A DNA stretch of 49,751 nt from Patescibacteria group bacterium (GTDB lineage Bacteria; Patescibacteriota; Minisyncoccia; Ryanbacterales; GWA2-47-10b), in NCBI GenBank assembly GCA_038065475.1, contig JBBTQY010000006.1, positions 1 to 49,751 on the forward strand. Reading direction: 5' to 3'. Shown piece by piece: positions 1-9,790 of this stretch. The notes beneath the pieces were generated by a model that had not been told where the DNA came from, ran no database searches, and saw only the letters and a list, made by a program, of their open reading frames with translations. Within the stretch, counting starts at the first letter, position 1, and each line of letters begins with the position of its first letter. The position numbers were made by a program, and so were the translations under genes.

Positions 1-64
1 GAGCGAATGCGAAGAGGGGAAGGAGAAGGAGGGCGAGGGTGAGGAAGAGTTTATTTTTTTCCAT
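1..64 (-). CDS. 5' part of a secreted or membrane protein (runs off the window edge)
   Basis: Read by hand: ATG at 64 gives MEKNKLFLTLALLLLPLFAFA, a signal-peptide-like N-terminus. It overlaps the stop of the upstream solute-binding protein gene. Confidence 0.6.
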   Translation of the reverse strand, partial: MEKNKLFLTLALLLLPLFAFA

Positions 65-1343
65 CGATCAGGCGTTGACGTTTTGTCCGAGCCTCAGTAA
101 CTGCCTCTGAAGGTAAGAGCTGTCCGTTTGCAATACTCTCGATCATCTCGGAGATGATCAAAGAGTTTTCTTTTGGATACTGTTCAAAAGATGTTTTAGC
201 ATTGAGTACTGATTTTTTAAGGATCTCTGGCAGTGAATCTACCGCGATAAGATCGCGGCGTGCAGCCACCACAACACCTCGCGAGATTATTTTTTGGAGT
301 TCAGGTTGGCTGATAAAAAAGCGCGCTAGGCTCCATGCAGCGTCTTGTTCCGCAGCTCCTTTGGGTACGGTGATGGCGCGTACATCAGCTACGTAGGCAA
401 GTTTGCCGCCCTGTGTCTGAGGCGCTGGCGCGATATCAAACGCGCGGTGAGGGTTTTTGTCTTCCAACTCTTTTTTGTAGGAATAGTGATCGAGCATCAT
501 GCCAAGCTTACCTTCGATAAAAAGTTCTCGCGGTTCGGCAAGTACTCCATGCCATGTGTAGGCTGCGGTACCCGGTTTACCATAGTCAGTATAAAAACGA
601 AGAATGCTCAAAATCGTTTGGTCTTTTTCTTTGCCTTGAGAAAACAGTGCATCTTCGAGCGAAGTTCCTTGCTGCAAAAAGAGAAGCGAGAGTATTTCTT
701 TGTGTAGAGGTATGTTGCGCCCGCGGCCCAACGCGGCACCCGATTGGAGTACGGCCCCCCCTGCACCAAGTTCTTTTATTTTGTTCGATGCGTCAAGAAA
801 ATCGTGCCAAGTAGCGGGTGGGACCGCGATAAGCGCTTGATTAAAAAGATCTTTATTCCAAAAGAGCACGAGCGGATCGATCCAAAGGGGGAGACCCCAT
901 ACAATTTTTTCTTCGGGTTGGTTGCCTACCCGACGGCGCTCGATGAGTGACATGGTTGCAAGGTCAGCAAATGCCGCCTCAACTTCTTCGGGGCGTACGA
1001 TTGATGCTTGGGGAGGGGCTATCTTGTCACGGTTTTTGGCGATCCAGTCGGTTGAGGTGATGATTGCCTGCGGGCTACGACCTGCGGCTATTGCTTCTAA
1101 AAGATCTCGGTCAAAGGTTCGCGGGTCTTTTTCAACGTAGAGTACTTTTTTTTGAAATTTTGACTCGTAGTCTTTTATTGTTTCTTCAAAGAGTGCGGGG
1201 TCGTCAACGCCCCACAAAACAACTTCTTTAATATTGCCAAAACTTGGTGGGGGCGTTTCTCCTGAGTTGGAAAAAACAATAAGTGACGCAATAACGACAA
1301 TGACCGAGATGATGATAGCAACGACTTGGACTTTATTTTTCAT
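51..1343 (-). CDS. Extracellular solute-binding protein (ABC family 1, sugar-type)
   Basis: N-terminal TM anchor, followed by WG, LPLWIDPLVLFWNKDLF, PPATW and FIEGKLGM motifs typical of family 1 SBPs. Confidence 0.85.
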   Translation of the reverse strand: MKNKVQVVAIIISVIVVIASLIVFSNSGETPPPSFGNIKEVVLWGVDDPALFEETIKDYESKFQKKVLYVEKDPRTFDRDLLEAIAAGRSPQAIITSTDWIAKNRDKIAPPQASIVRPEEVEAAFADLATMSLIERRRVGNQPEEKIVWGLPLWIDPLVLFWNKDLFNQALIAVPPATWHDFLDASNKIKELGAGGAVLQSGAALGRGRNIPLHKEILSLLFLQQGTSLEDALFSQGKEKDQTILSILRFYTDYGKPGTAAYTWHGVLAEPRELFIEGKLGMMLDHYSYKKELEDKNPHRAFDIAPAPQTQGGKLAYVADVRAITVPKGAAEQDAAWSLARFFISQPELQKIISRGVVVAARRDLIAVDSLPEILKKSVLNAKTSFEQYPKENSLIISEMIESIANGQLLPSEAVTEARTKRQRLIDGKK

Positions 1344-1879
1344 GATTTTTTGGCGATAAGGCCATGATGATGTTCGCCGAGTGTAAATTCGCGTAGTGAG
1401 GTAAACCCGGTAGCGCGTACGATATCAAAAAGTTTTGCTTTGGGGATGCGCGTCTCGCGCCGAGGCCCCACCGTGTGCGCCGTTTCCGGATGCCACTCTA
1501 CTATCACTAGTGTACCGTGATCTTTAAGTACACGAAATGCCTCACGCAGTATGGTTTCTTTGTCAGGCGCTTGGAAGAGAATATTTGCTGCAATAACCCA
1601 ATCAGCCATAGCATCTTTTAGCTTGCTACCGCCGATTTTTTCAAGATTGCCGCGTAAGGTCTCGATATGGTGAAGATGTTTTTTTCGGGCTTCAGCTCGG
1701 AGAACTTCGAGCGGACCTTCTTGGACATCGATAGCGTAGAGTTTGCCGTTATCAGGAGATAGTTTTTGTGCGAGAGGAATAGCAAGAAGTCCTGCGCCCG
1801 CGCCGAAATCAACGACCGTTTGCGGGCCGTAGATATCGAGGTGGTCAACGAGTTCCCCAAGACCTCTAAAGTTTTGCAT
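1340..1879 (-). CDS. Class I SAM-dependent methyltransferase
   Basis: VVDFGAGAG motif I, YAIDVQ, and RVLKDHG post-motif. Confidence 0.85.
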   Translation of the reverse strand: MQNFRGLGELVDHLDIYGPQTVVDFGAGAGLLAIPLAQKLSPDNGKLYAIDVQEGPLEVLRAEARKKHLHHIETLRGNLEKIGGSKLKDAMADWVIAANILFQAPDKETILREAFRVLKDHGTLVIVEWHPETAHTVGPRRETRIPKAKLFDIVRATGFTSLREFTLGEHHHGLIAKKS

Positions 1880-1882
1880 TAA

Positions 1883-4348
1883 TTAAAGAAGAGCTACTGA
1901 GCGCAGTTTGTCACCTGCCTCAAGTTTCATAATGCGCACGCCTTGCGCGGCGCGCCTGAGTGATGGCATTTCTGTCAGATGAGAACGCAATGCTTTGCCT
2001 TTTTCAGATATCGCGATAAATTCTTCAGCGCTGGCTTCTGGGAGCCGCGCAGCGATGAGAGGACCCGTCTTGTCAGTTACATTGATCGCTTTGATGCCCG
2101 CCCCTCCACGTGCCTGAGTTTTAAATTCGCTCACTTTGGTTTTTTTACCAAAGCCGTTGGCGCTTGCAACCAACACCTCAAGATCTTTGCCATCGCGCGA
2201 TATGATTTCACATCCTACAATTTCATCGCCCGATTTCAGACGCATACCACGGATGCCTTGCGCCTGTCTTCCCATGACGCGTGTCTTTGCCTCTGCAAAG
2301 CGTATCGCCAAACCTTTTTTACTCAACAACATGATGTCATCATTTTTCTCGACGATGCGTACCCATCCGAGCACATCACCTTTCTTTAGCTTCATAGCGA
2401 GAATACCCGAGCGGCGTACGTCGACAAAATCGTCAAAATTCGTTTTCTTTATCATACCTTGTTTGGTGGTCATCACCAATGAAGACGTGAGGCTTCCTTT
2501 TCGCTTTTTGGGGATAGCAAGGATTGAGGTGACTTCTTCACCGGGGGAGAGTGAGAGAAAATTGACTGCGGGCTTGCCTTTTGATGTGCGCGAAGCCTCG
2601 GGGATATCATACGCTTTGATCTCGTAGGTTTTGCCGGAGCTGGTAAAAAAGAGAATTGAGTCATGGGTACCCGCTGCCACAAATTGCGAGACGACGTCTT
2701 CTTCTTTCCATTCGCCGCCTACAATACCTTTGCCACCACGTTTTTGCGCGCGAAATTCTTGTGGGCGTACGCGCTTGAGATATCCTGCCTGCGTCATGAC
2801 GACGACCTGCTCTTCTTCAGGTATGAGATCTTCGATATTGAGCGTACCCACCGGGCCATCGATGACTTTGGTTTTACGTTTGTCACCGTATTTTGTTTTT
2901 ATCTCAATAAGCTCGTCTTTGATGACTTTGCGGATGCGTTTTGGGTCTTCTAAAATTGCCTTAAGCTCTTTTATGAGTGCCTTGGTTTGGGCAAGTTCAT
3001 CTTCAATTTTTTGGCGTTCGAGCGCCGCTAAAGCCTGCAAGCGCATTTCCAAGATCGCGGTTGTTTGGCGATCGGAAAACTTGAATTTTTGCATCAAGTT
3101 TTTATGCGCGTCATCACGACTTTTTGATTTTTTGATCGTGGAGATAATCTGATCGATATGATCGAGTGCTTTTTTAAGACCATCTAAGATATGCGCGCGT
3201 TCTTCGGCGATGCGCAGATCATGGCGTGTTCGGCGCTCGACTACTTCAAGACGGGCTTTAATAAACTCTTCGAGATAGGTTTTGAGTGAGAGTATTTGCG
3301 GTTGGATCCCGCCAATGAGAGCGAGCATGTTGAAGTGGAAAGTCTTTTCAAGATCAGTATGTTTATAGAGTGTGTTGAGCACCTTCTGCGGATAGGCATC
3401 ATTTTTCAAATCAATAACTACTGACAATCCGTCTTTGTCGGATTCATCGCGAATATCTCGGATGCCTTCGATTTTTTTATCGCGTACGAGGTCAGCGATT
3501 TTTTCTACGAGTTCGGCTTTGTTGACCTGAAAGGGGAGCGATGAGATCGCAATGCTGTATCCTTTGCCGCGTTCGACAATATCGCCCTCGCCGCGCATGA
3601 CGACGCCACCTCTGCCGGTAGCATAGGCTTGGTGAATATCTGTTTTATTGAAAATCATGCCACCGGTAGGAAAGTCAGGGCCTTTGACATGAGTCAAAAG
3701 ATCTTCCACGGTTGATTTTGGATTATCGATAAGCATGAGTGATGCATCGATAAGCTCGGTAAGATTGTGGGTAGGGATGCTGGTCGCCATACCGACGGCG
3801 ATACCAAATGAGCCATTGAGCAAAAGGTTTGGTACGCGTGAGGGCAATACCGTAGGCTCTTCGCGCGAGCCATCATAGTTGGGTACAAAATCTACTGTTT
3901 CTTTATCGATATCGCTCAAAAGTTCGTCGGCGATATGAGACATCTTTGCCTCGGTATAACGCATGGCAGCAGGCGAGTCACCATCAACCGATCCAAAGTT
4001 ACCCTGACCGGTGATGAGCATGTAGCGCATGCTAAAGTATTGCGCCATACGCACCATGGCGTCGTATACCGCAGTATCACCGTGCGGGTGATATTTACCG
4101 AGCACTTCACCGACCACGGTTGCAGACTTGCGATATTTGGCGGTCGAGCGAAGCCCCATCTCTTTCATGGCATAAAGAATGCGACGGTGTACTGGCTTGA
4201 GACCATCTCGGACATCGGGTAGTGCGCGTGCGACGATAACGGACATCGCATAGTCGATATATGCCTCACGCATTTCGCGCGTGATGTCTTGGGGGTTTAC
4301 GGTATAGTTTATTTTCTTTGGCTCTTCGGCCTGTTCTTTACGCTTCAT
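1883..4348 (-). CDS. gyrA: DNA gyrase subunit A
   Basis: [28 protein letters not shown] catalytic Tyr, GyrA box QKRGGKG, and C-terminal pinwheel repeats. Confidence 0.98.
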   Translation of the reverse strand: MKRKEQAEEPKKINYTVNPQDITREMREAYIDYAMSVIVARALPDVRDGLKPVHRRILYAMKEMGLRSTAKYRKSATVVGEVLGKYHPHGDTAVYDAMVRMAQYFSMRYMLITGQGNFGSVDGDSPAAMRYTEAKMSHIADELLSDIDKETVDFVPNYDGSREEPTVLPSRVPNLLLNGSFGIAVGMATSIPTHNLTELIDASLMLIDNPKSTVEDLLTHVKGPDFPTGGMIFNKTDIHQAYATGRGGVVMRGEGDIVERGKGYSIAISSLPFQVNKAELVEKIADLVRDKKIEGIRDIRDESDKDGLSVVIDLKNDAYPQKVLNTLYKHTDLEKTFHFNMLALIGGIQPQILSLKTYLEEFIKARLEVVERRTRHDLRIAEERAHILDGLKKALDHIDQIISTIKKSKSRDDAHKNLMQKFKFSDRQTTAILEMRLQALAALERQKIEDELAQTKALIKELKAILEDPKRIRKVIKDELIEIKTKYGDKRKTKVIDGPVGTLNIEDLIPEEEQVVVMTQAGYLKRVRPQEFRAQKRGGKGIVGGEWKEEDVVSQFVAAGTHDSILFFTSSGKTYEIKAYDIPEASRTSKGKPAVNFLSLSPGEEVTSILAIPKKRKGSLTSSLVMTTKQGMIKKTNFDDFVDVRRSGILAMKLKKGDVLGWVRIVEKNDDIMLLSKKGLAIRFAEAKTRVMGRQAQGIRGMRLKSGDEIVGCEIISRDGKDLEVLVASANGFGKKTKVSEFKTQARGGAGIKAINVTDKTGPLIAARLPEASAEEFIAISEKGKALRSHLTEMPSLRRAAQGVRIMKLEAGDKLRSVALL

Positions 4349-4357
4349 ATTTTTTAT

Positions 4358-4582
4358 TTATTTTGAAAAGTTTGGTTTTTGCTCTTTTATTTTTTTCCAT
4401 ACCGATCCGAAACTATCAGCGAGTGAGGGCGAGGCAGCATCTTCGCGCAATTCGTATTTGAGTTGTGCTACCCAAATGCCGATGATAGCACTCATGATAA
4501 CGCCAACGGATACGATTAGGATTGCACGGCGCGTGCCAGGTGTTGATCGCTGGATACGCTCAATGGTATCAATGAAAGCCAT
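4358..4582 (-). CDS. Small single-TM hypothetical protein
   Basis: Fills the gap between the MBL gene and gyrA on the same strand. Start taken as ATG at 4582 (MAFIDT), followed by one hydrophobic helix. Confidence 0.6.
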   Translation of the reverse strand: MAFIDTIERIQRSTPGTRRAILIVSVGVIMSAIIGIWVAQLKYELREDAASPSLADSFGSVWKKIKEQKPNFSK

Positions 4583-4583
4583 G

Positions 4584-5162
4584 CTATGCGCGTTCAAGTA
4601 TAATAATACGCTGACCGTCTTGAGGGAGGCCCTTCTTCTTTATCGTTAGTTTGTCCATTTTCTCCGGCTTTTCCCCGAGCTCTTTGATAAACGCATCGAA
4701 GGCGCTTTTTTTCATATCTTCTCCCATGAGGGGAACAATAATGCGCGGATCGATATTTGCCACGATTTTTTGGAGTGCTGAGGATGAACCTGACGGTACA
4801 AGATAGAGAATATCAACGGTACCTGCAAAATCAATGATAGTATCGGCGACATCAACGTCTGAAAGATTGCCCAAAAAGAGTGATCTTATACCTTCCCACT
4901 CAACAAGGAAAGGAGTCACACCAGGAGTTCCAAATCCTACAAACGAGATATCACCCGCTTCGTATTCGCCTGGAAAGGCAAAAATACGTGGGTCTCCAGC
5001 TATGGAAATATCCTTTTTTGCCTCAGGATCAGTAAAAAATACCACCCGTGCCTCGAAGCGAGGGGCGGGAAATTCAGCTCCTTTGCCGAATGGATCGGCA
5101 ACGATTACCGCGTCTCCCGACTGAAGCTTGAGGCAGGAGAGTCCATAGTAGCTTATAACCAT
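4584..5162 (-). CDS. MBL-fold metallo-hydrolase-like protein
   Basis: MVISYYGLSCLKL..DPF, PGEYE and IDPRIIVP motifs. Start reassigned to ATG at 5162. Confidence 0.75.
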   Translation of the reverse strand: MVISYYGLSCLKLQSGDAVIVADPFGKGAEFPAPRFEARVVFFTDPEAKKDISIAGDPRIFAFPGEYEAGDISFVGFGTPGVTPFLVEWEGIRSLFLGNLSDVDVADTIIDFAGTVDILYLVPSGSSSALQKIVANIDPRIIVPLMGEDMKKSAFDAFIKELGEKPEKMDKLTIKKKGLPQDGQRIIILERA

Positions 5163-5196
5163 AAAAGTAACCCCAGTATAGCCCAAAGGCCTTCTC

Positions 5197-5225
5197 TTGC
5201 AAAGATTTTCGGTTTTCCGTATACT
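5197..5225 (+). promoter_or_regulatory. Sigma70-type promoter of rpsA
   Basis: TTGCAA-17 nt-TATACT, ending 7 nt before the ATG at 5233. Confidence 0.6.
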
Positions 5226-5232
5226 GCTTTGC

Positions 5233-6348
5233 ATGACTCAAGATATCCAGAGCACGGACGGCATCGCCTCCGACAAGGGGGCATTCTCACGTATAAGCTC
5301 CGAATGGCGTATCCCACGCGTGGGAGACGTTGTTGAAGGTACGATTTTGCGCGCCCAGGGCTCGGTTATCTTTATCGACCTCGGTTTTGGCACCGGTATC
5401 ATCTACGGCCGCGAATTTCAGGAGGGCCGTGACATGCTCCGCAACAAAAAAGAGGGCGATATCGTTGTCTCGAAGATCGTTGATTTCGAAAACGAGCAAG
5501 GTTACATCGAGCTTTCTGTAAAAGAAGCCGGCCGTGAGAAGTTTTGGAAAGAAGCTACAGCATGTATCTCTGAGAAGCGCCTTTTGACGCTCAAAGCGCT
5601 TGAGGCAAATCGTGGAGGTTTGGTTTTTGAGTGGAGTGGTACCAAGGGCTTCTTGCCACTCTCGCAACTTTCACAAAAACACTATCCGCGCGTTGAAGGT
5701 GGTGACAAGACAAAAATATTCGAAGAGCTCCAAAAGCTTGTCGGTGAGGAGTTTCAGCTTCATTTGATCACTGCTGACCCACGCGAAGAAAAACTTATTT
5801 TTTCTGAGAAAGCACTCGAGCCCGATGAGATGAAAGAGCGTCTTACCAACTACCAAGTAGGTACTGAATATGAAGGTGAGGTTTCTGGTATCGTTGAGTT
5901 TGGCGTATTCGTAAAACTCGAAGAAGGTCTTGAGGGTCTTGTGCATATTTCTGAGATTGACTGGTCACTCGTAGAAAACCCCAGTGATCTTTATAAGGTG
6001 GGCGACAAGGTAAAGGTAAAAATCATCGGCGTTGATGCTGACAAAGTGTCACTTTCGATCAAGGCACTTAAACCTGATCCGTGGAAAGAACTCAAGCTTG
6101 AGAAGGGTGATATTGTTGAAGGTATCGTCACCAAGCTCAACAAGTACGGTGCATTTGTAAAACTTCCCAAGCACGGCGGTATCTCTGGTCTTTCACATGT
6201 ATCTGAATTTGAATCAGCGCAGAAAATGCGCGACATGGTAGAGGTTGGCAAAGCCTATCCGTTTCAGATCGTGGTGTACCAACCAGAAAGCCACAAACTC
6301 TCACTCGCGTTTCTTGGTAAAGACGGCGCTGAGAAAAAAACAGAATAA
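5233..6348 (+). CDS. rpsA: 30S ribosomal protein S1 (four S1 domains)
   Basis: Repeated S1 motifs (FGVFVKL, GLVHISEIDW, YGAFV, GLSHVSE). Start taken as ATG at 5233. Confidence 0.92.
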   Translation: MTQDIQSTDGIASDKGAFSRISSEWRIPRVGDVVEGTILRAQGSVIFIDLGFGTGIIYGREFQEGRDMLRNKKEGDIVVSKIVDFENEQGYIELSVKEAGREKFWKEATACISEKRLLTLKALEANRGGLVFEWSGTKGFLPLSQLSQKHYPRVEGGDKTKIFEELQKLVGEEFQLHLITADPREEKLIFSEKALEPDEMKERLTNYQVGTEYEGEVSGIVEFGVFVKLEEGLEGLVHISEIDWSLVENPSDLYKVGDKVKVKIIGVDADKVSLSIKALKPDPWKELKLEKGDIVEGIVTKLNKYGAFVKLPKHGGISGLSHVSEFESAQKMRDMVEVGKAYPFQIVVYQPESHKLSLAFLGKDGAEKKTE

Positions 6349-6359
6349 AATAAGACATC

Positions 6360-6395
6360 AAAACAAAAAATCCCCGTACGGGGATTTTTTGTTTT
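6360..6395. terminator. Bidirectional intrinsic terminator
   Basis: AAAACAAAAAATCCCC-GTAC-GGGGATTTTTTGTTTT lies between convergent genes. Confidence 0.85.
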
Positions 6396-6610
6396 TACCA
6401 GCGATTGCCACCCGCACGCGTTGTTTGTGTCAGTAGCGCGATGCCGCCGCCAAGCCCTCCGATGATGCCCGCGATTGCCAGATACAAAAAGATTGGATGA
6501 ATCGCTTGCTCTTGGGCAATCTGAATCGCATAGACGGATACTCCAAAAATAGCAAAACAGATAAGCGCCATGATGATGTAAAAAGCCTTATAAAATATCT
6601 TCGATATCAT
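6395..6610 (-). CDS. Small two-TM membrane protein
   Basis: Two hydrophobic segments. Likely start is MISKIF at 6610. Confidence 0.55.
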   Translation of the reverse strand: MISKIFYKAFYIIMALICFAIFGVSVYAIQIAQEQAIHPIFLYLAIAGIIGGLGGGIALLTQTTRAGGNRW

Positions 6611-6650
6611 AAGATTATTGTACTGCCGCACTGTCTTTTCCTGCAAAGCA

Positions 6651-8585
6651 TTATTCATGCGCGCGAAGTTTTTCAACCGCTTCAGCTAAAAATTGTGAGT
6701 AGAGGTTAAGACCTACGCGGGCGGCAACACCTGATTGCTCGCGACCCAAGATATTGCCCGCACCTCGCATCTCCAAATCTTTCTCGGCGATGACCGCGCC
6801 AGCACCCAAAAATTGCGTATCTTGCAGTACATCGAGGCGGCGTTCGGCCTTGGGTGTCAGATGCGCGGGATTATAGAAAAAATAAGCGTAGGACTGTAGG
6901 GTACCGCGCCCAATACGCCCTCGTAACTGGTGAAGGTCGGCGAGGCCGTACATGACGGCGTCTGTCACAATGAGTGTATTGACGGTATGCAGATCAATAC
7001 CGTTTTCAATGATAGTGGTAGATACGAGTATTTCGATATCACCGCGGCGAAAATTTTCCATAGTTTCTACGAGTTCTTTCTCACTCATGCGGCCATGGAG
7101 ATACCCAACTTTTGATTTGGGTACGAGTTTGCGGATGAGCTCGAGTGTTTTAGGTATGCGGTGTATGCGTGATTCGACGACGTATACTTGCCCTTTGCGT
7201 TTCAATTCAAGCTCAAGCGCTTTGGCCATTAGTTCAGGTTGATAGGGGAGCATTAAAGTTTCTGGCGCTATTTTGCCCACAGGGCCTTCATCGAGCGCGG
7301 TCATCGCGCGTACGCGCGCGAGTGAGAGTGAGAGCGTGCGTGGGAGTGGGGTTGCCGAGAGTGTCAGTACATCAACCTCCGCTTTGAGTTCTTTGAGTTT
7401 TTCTTTGGCACCTACACCAAAGCGTTGCTCTTCATCAACTATTAAAAGTCCTAAGTTTTTAAACGCGATATCTTTGGAAAGAATACGATGCGTGCCGATA
7501 GCGATATCAACTGATCCATCACGAATGCCGGCAAGTGCTTTTTTGATGGTGCTCGCATCTTCAAGGCGTGAGAGGCGAGCCACTTTAATGGGAAGACCCG
7601 CAAGTCGTTTGCGCCAGATCTCATAGTGTTGTGCGGCAAGTATTGTGGTGGGTGCGAGTATCGCCACTTGTCTGCTATTTGCCGCGACGCGAACACTCGC
7701 GCGCAGTGCCAATTCAGTTTTGCCAAAGCCAACATCGCCAATGATGATGCGATCCATCGGCATTTTTGATGATAAGTCTTGCCAAATGCGAGCGAGCGCT
7801 TTTTTCTGTGCTGACGTTTCTTCATACGGAAATGACGCTTCTAACTTTTCTTCGATCTCCGGTGATGGCTGGTAGGGTGTGCGCTGGGCGATATTACGCA
7901 TGGCGTGTACTGCCAAAAGTTTTTTGGCGAATGCGATAGCGTCATCTTTTGTTTGGCGAATGGTTTTTTTCCAGATAGGTGTGCCAAGCCGTGAGACTTT
8001 GGGTGCACGAAATCCTATATAGGGGGCAATGCGCGAGGCTTCGGTGATGGGCACCATCAGGGTGTCAGCATCGCCACCACGCGGGCCACGATATTCGATA
8101 TGAAAATATTTTTTGTCACCTTCAGCGATAATGCCACGCCAAATGCCGATGCCATGATGCTCGTGTACGATGAAATCGCCACTGCGCAAGTATTCGAGAA
8201 GACTCCTGTCTTTTATTTTTCGTTCAAGTGATTCACCACGCGCGTCAGCGGGTAGTTTGCGGATATCATCGATTTGATTGCCAAAAAAATCGATATGCCA
8301 GATGCCGTCGGTGCCGATAGGTGAAAGGATGAGTGCACCACCCCTGATAGTAAACTCACCTCGGCGCTCGGGCCATGAGTTGATCTCATAGCCGAGCTCT
8401 ATTAAACGTTCGGTGAGTGTACGAAGACCTTTGTGCCACGCGTGCGTGATGACAAGCGAATTGTGCTCCCAAAAAGTATTGAGATGTCGGCCTTTTTCAA
8501 TAGTGCGGCGATTACGCCGAAACCATGCCTCATCTTTTTCGGCAAATTCAGGAATGCGAGAGGCGATGAAAAGCTCGCTAGGCAT
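6651..8585 (-). CDS. mfd: Transcription-repair coupling factor Mfd, short form
   Basis: UvrB-like segment (RGEFTIRGG..FFGNQI), CarD/RID (VHEHHGIG), GDVGFGKTE, DEEQRFGV, SATPLPRTL, QLRGRIGR and the TRG motif DLEMRGAGNILGREQSG. Confidence 0.9.
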   Translation of the reverse strand: MPSELFIASRIPEFAEKDEAWFRRNRRTIEKGRHLNTFWEHNSLVITHAWHKGLRTLTERLIELGYEINSWPERRGEFTIRGGALILSPIGTDGIWHIDFFGNQIDDIRKLPADARGESLERKIKDRSLLEYLRSGDFIVHEHHGIGIWRGIIAEGDKKYFHIEYRGPRGGDADTLMVPITEASRIAPYIGFRAPKVSRLGTPIWKKTIRQTKDDAIAFAKKLLAVHAMRNIAQRTPYQPSPEIEEKLEASFPYEETSAQKKALARIWQDLSSKMPMDRIIIGDVGFGKTELALRASVRVAANSRQVAILAPTTILAAQHYEIWRKRLAGLPIKVARLSRLEDASTIKKALAGIRDGSVDIAIGTHRILSKDIAFKNLGLLIVDEEQRFGVGAKEKLKELKAEVDVLTLSATPLPRTLSLSLARVRAMTALDEGPVGKIAPETLMLPYQPELMAKALELELKRKGQVYVVESRIHRIPKTLELIRKLVPKSKVGYLHGRMSEKELVETMENFRRGDIEILVSTTIIENGIDLHTVNTLIVTDAVMYGLADLHQLRGRIGRGTLQSYAYFFYNPAHLTPKAERRLDVLQDTQFLGAGAVIAEKDLEMRGAGNILGREQSGVAARVGLNLYSQFLAEAVEKLRAHE

Positions 8586-8604
8586 GACGGTCAGATGGCG
8601 ATAT

Positions 8605-9144
8605 TTAAATAAGTACCGAAATAGTCGTGATCTGCAGATCTGTGGCCGCGAGCTCTACCACGCGTTTTTCTACTTTTTTCAAAATAAGTTTTTCCGCGGA
8701 TGCCCATTTTTTGAGTACCAGTTGCATGGCGTCGACACGCTTTTTCTTTTGTACGCCCACGCGAATGCGCCAAAAGTCGCGTGATTTTACCGCACGCATG
8801 ACCGAATCAACGCCACGATGACCCGCCGATCGCTTGCCAAATGACACCTTGACCGAGCCGAGGACGATGTCAGTATCGTCATGGATGACAATAAGATCTT
8901 TTGGCTTTACGCCGGCTTCTGTCAGCGCTTTGCCCGATTTGTTCATAAAGGTATTAGGCAATACGATGATGGTTTTTTCACCCTCAATCTCACCTTTGGC
9001 CACAAGTCCTGCATATTTGGCGTTTTCTTCAAATGACTCAAAGCCGTATTTTTTGGCGATGGCTGCGGCAAATTCACGCCCCACGTTGTGGCGCGTGCCG
9101 TCGTACTCTTTGCCCGGGTTGCCGAGCCCTACGATGACTTTCAT
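8605..9144 (-). CDS. pth: Peptidyl-tRNA hydrolase
   Basis: IVGLGNPGKEY..TRHNVG, TFMNKSG, HDD and SAGHRG motifs. Confidence 0.97.
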   Translation of the reverse strand: MKVIVGLGNPGKEYDGTRHNVGREFAAAIAKKYGFESFEENAKYAGLVAKGEIEGEKTIIVLPNTFMNKSGKALTEAGVKPKDLIVIHDDTDIVLGSVKVSFGKRSAGHRGVDSVMRAVKSRDFWRIRVGVQKKKRVDAMQLVLKKWASAEKLILKKVEKRVVELAATDLQITTISVLI

Positions 9145-9226
9145 GTTGAGAGTCTACCATAGAAGGCCCTATTTGCCAGAAGAGATTTTTTAATGTATAC
9201 TAGCAGCACTTTTGTTGTCCCTTAAT

Positions 9227-9775
9227 ATGTCTCCAGAAGAAAAAGTACGTACATTGGGAAGTGAAGCGCGGGAGATTGTCCGTGTGCTTTTGATATCGCT
9301 TGCGGTAGTTATTCCGGTACGGATTTTCATCGCCCAGCCTTTTATCGTGCGCGGCGCCTCTATGGAGCCCACGTATCATGATGGTGAGTATTTGATCGTC
9401 GATGAGATTTCACTTCGTTTTCAGGAGCTCGCGCGTGGCGAGGTTGTCATCTTTCGCTACCCAATAGATCCAAAGAATTTTTTCATCAAGCGCATCATCG
9501 GCCTTCCCCAAGAGACTATTGTGATCCGCGATGGGCACGTATATCTCTCGAAGCCGGAGGGGGATCTTGAGCTGATAGATGATTCGTATCTTAGCCCTGA
9601 AGTACTCACGCTGCCCGATAAAGTAGTCACTCTCGGGCCCGATGAATATTTTGTCCTTGGTGATAATCGCCCTGATAGTTCGGATTCGCGTATTTGGGGG
9701 CCTCTCGAAGAACAATACATAGTAGGCAGAACGTTTTTGCGTCTCTGGCCGCCGCAGAGATTTACCTTTCTGTAG
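9227..9775 (+). CDS. lepB: Signal peptidase I
   Basis: GASMEPT, FIKRIIGLP and GDNRPDSSDSR motifs. Start taken as ATG at 9227. Confidence 0.95.
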   Translation: MSPEEKVRTLGSEAREIVRVLLISLAVVIPVRIFIAQPFIVRGASMEPTYHDGEYLIVDEISLRFQELARGEVVIFRYPIDPKNFFIKRIIGLPQETIVIRDGHVYLSKPEGDLELIDDSYLSPEVLTLPDKVVTLGPDEYFVLGDNRPDSSDSRIWGPLEEQYIVGRTFLRLWPPQRFTFL

Positions 9776-9790
9776 AAAAAAAATAATATT

